From: Takakia lepidozioides
Taxonomy: Eukaryota; Plantae; Bryophyta
Assembly (NCBI GenBank): GCA_030704615.1
Contig: CM060733.1
Location: forward strand, 40,114,001 to 40,178,000
Direction: 5' to 3'
DNA length: 64,000 bases
A program made the translations under genes and the position numbers. The notes beneath the pieces are model-generated. The model saw only the letters and a list, made by a program, of their open reading frames with translations. It did no database searches and was not told the DNA's origin. Of this stretch, positions 63,501 to 64,000 are shown in pieces (within the stretch, counting starts at the first letter, position 1; the number at the start of each line of letters is the position of its first letter).

Positions 63501-64000
63501 GTACATCTTCTTCTTGTAAGATTTTGGGTTCAAACTATGAAGTCAAATAACAGCTCCGGTGTCGTTATTTAGTACTTAAGCGATCTAATCGGACTCTTCA
63601 TCAATCGGCACTCCATGCTAGCCTCATATACAATTGTTGAACACTTGTGTTATTTACTACCACCGAACTCTGAACTCATGTGATTCATGATGCAAACAAG
63701 TCTCTAATTTAGCTCTCTATCGTTCAGCTGGATGTACCTGTCTCAAAGTCCTCGTTACAGACCTCAAGTTATGAGCTCCTTCGAGACTCCATATGGGCCA
63801 GACTATGTTGGTACATATGATTATAAATGGGTGTGCTCTTGAGTATTCATCTTATCGATCGACCCTGTAAGTTGTAGATGTCAAGATTGAGCTCTATACT
63901 CGGACTGGAACTTCACACATGAGACCTACATAAGTGCTGAACATTTTGGCATATGTGTATGCACATGATCTCACTGTAAAAAATGTGCTACTAAAGGTTT

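Overview
Eukaryotic, intron-containing land-plant DNA. A non-seed plant such as a bryophyte or hornwort is likely, but that is inference. From left to right: (1) a frameshifted GCM/WRKY-type zinc-finger transposon relic and an unidentified two-ORF retroelement-like remnant. (2) An ~11-kb direct segmental duplication (copy A ~5114-16397, copy B ~26906-37456) carrying a long coiled-coil gene that is spliceable in A and collapsed by deletions in B. (3) Between the copies, a solo LTR and a young full-length chromodomain Ty3/gypsy element inserted 5 bp apart, plus a Tc1/mariner-type MITE. (4) Inside copy B only, a 4.3-kb mosaic with a Crinkler-like REase-kinase pseudogene and a strictosidine-synthase-like exon fragment. 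(5) An intact 5-exon TOC159-family (Toc132/120-like) plastid import receptor gene. (6) Head-to-head with it, an apparently intact chimeric gene in which a diverged copy of the TOC exon 1 splices in frame to exons 2-9 of a TMEM120/TMPIT membrane protein; this is the top finding. (7) An orphan OSB-type WWDNR exon, an intronless membrane-protein pseudogene, a tRNA-derived SINE and the 5' part of an unknown spliced gene. Exon models were read by hand from splice signals and frame continuity. Family calls rest on motif recognition, not database searches.
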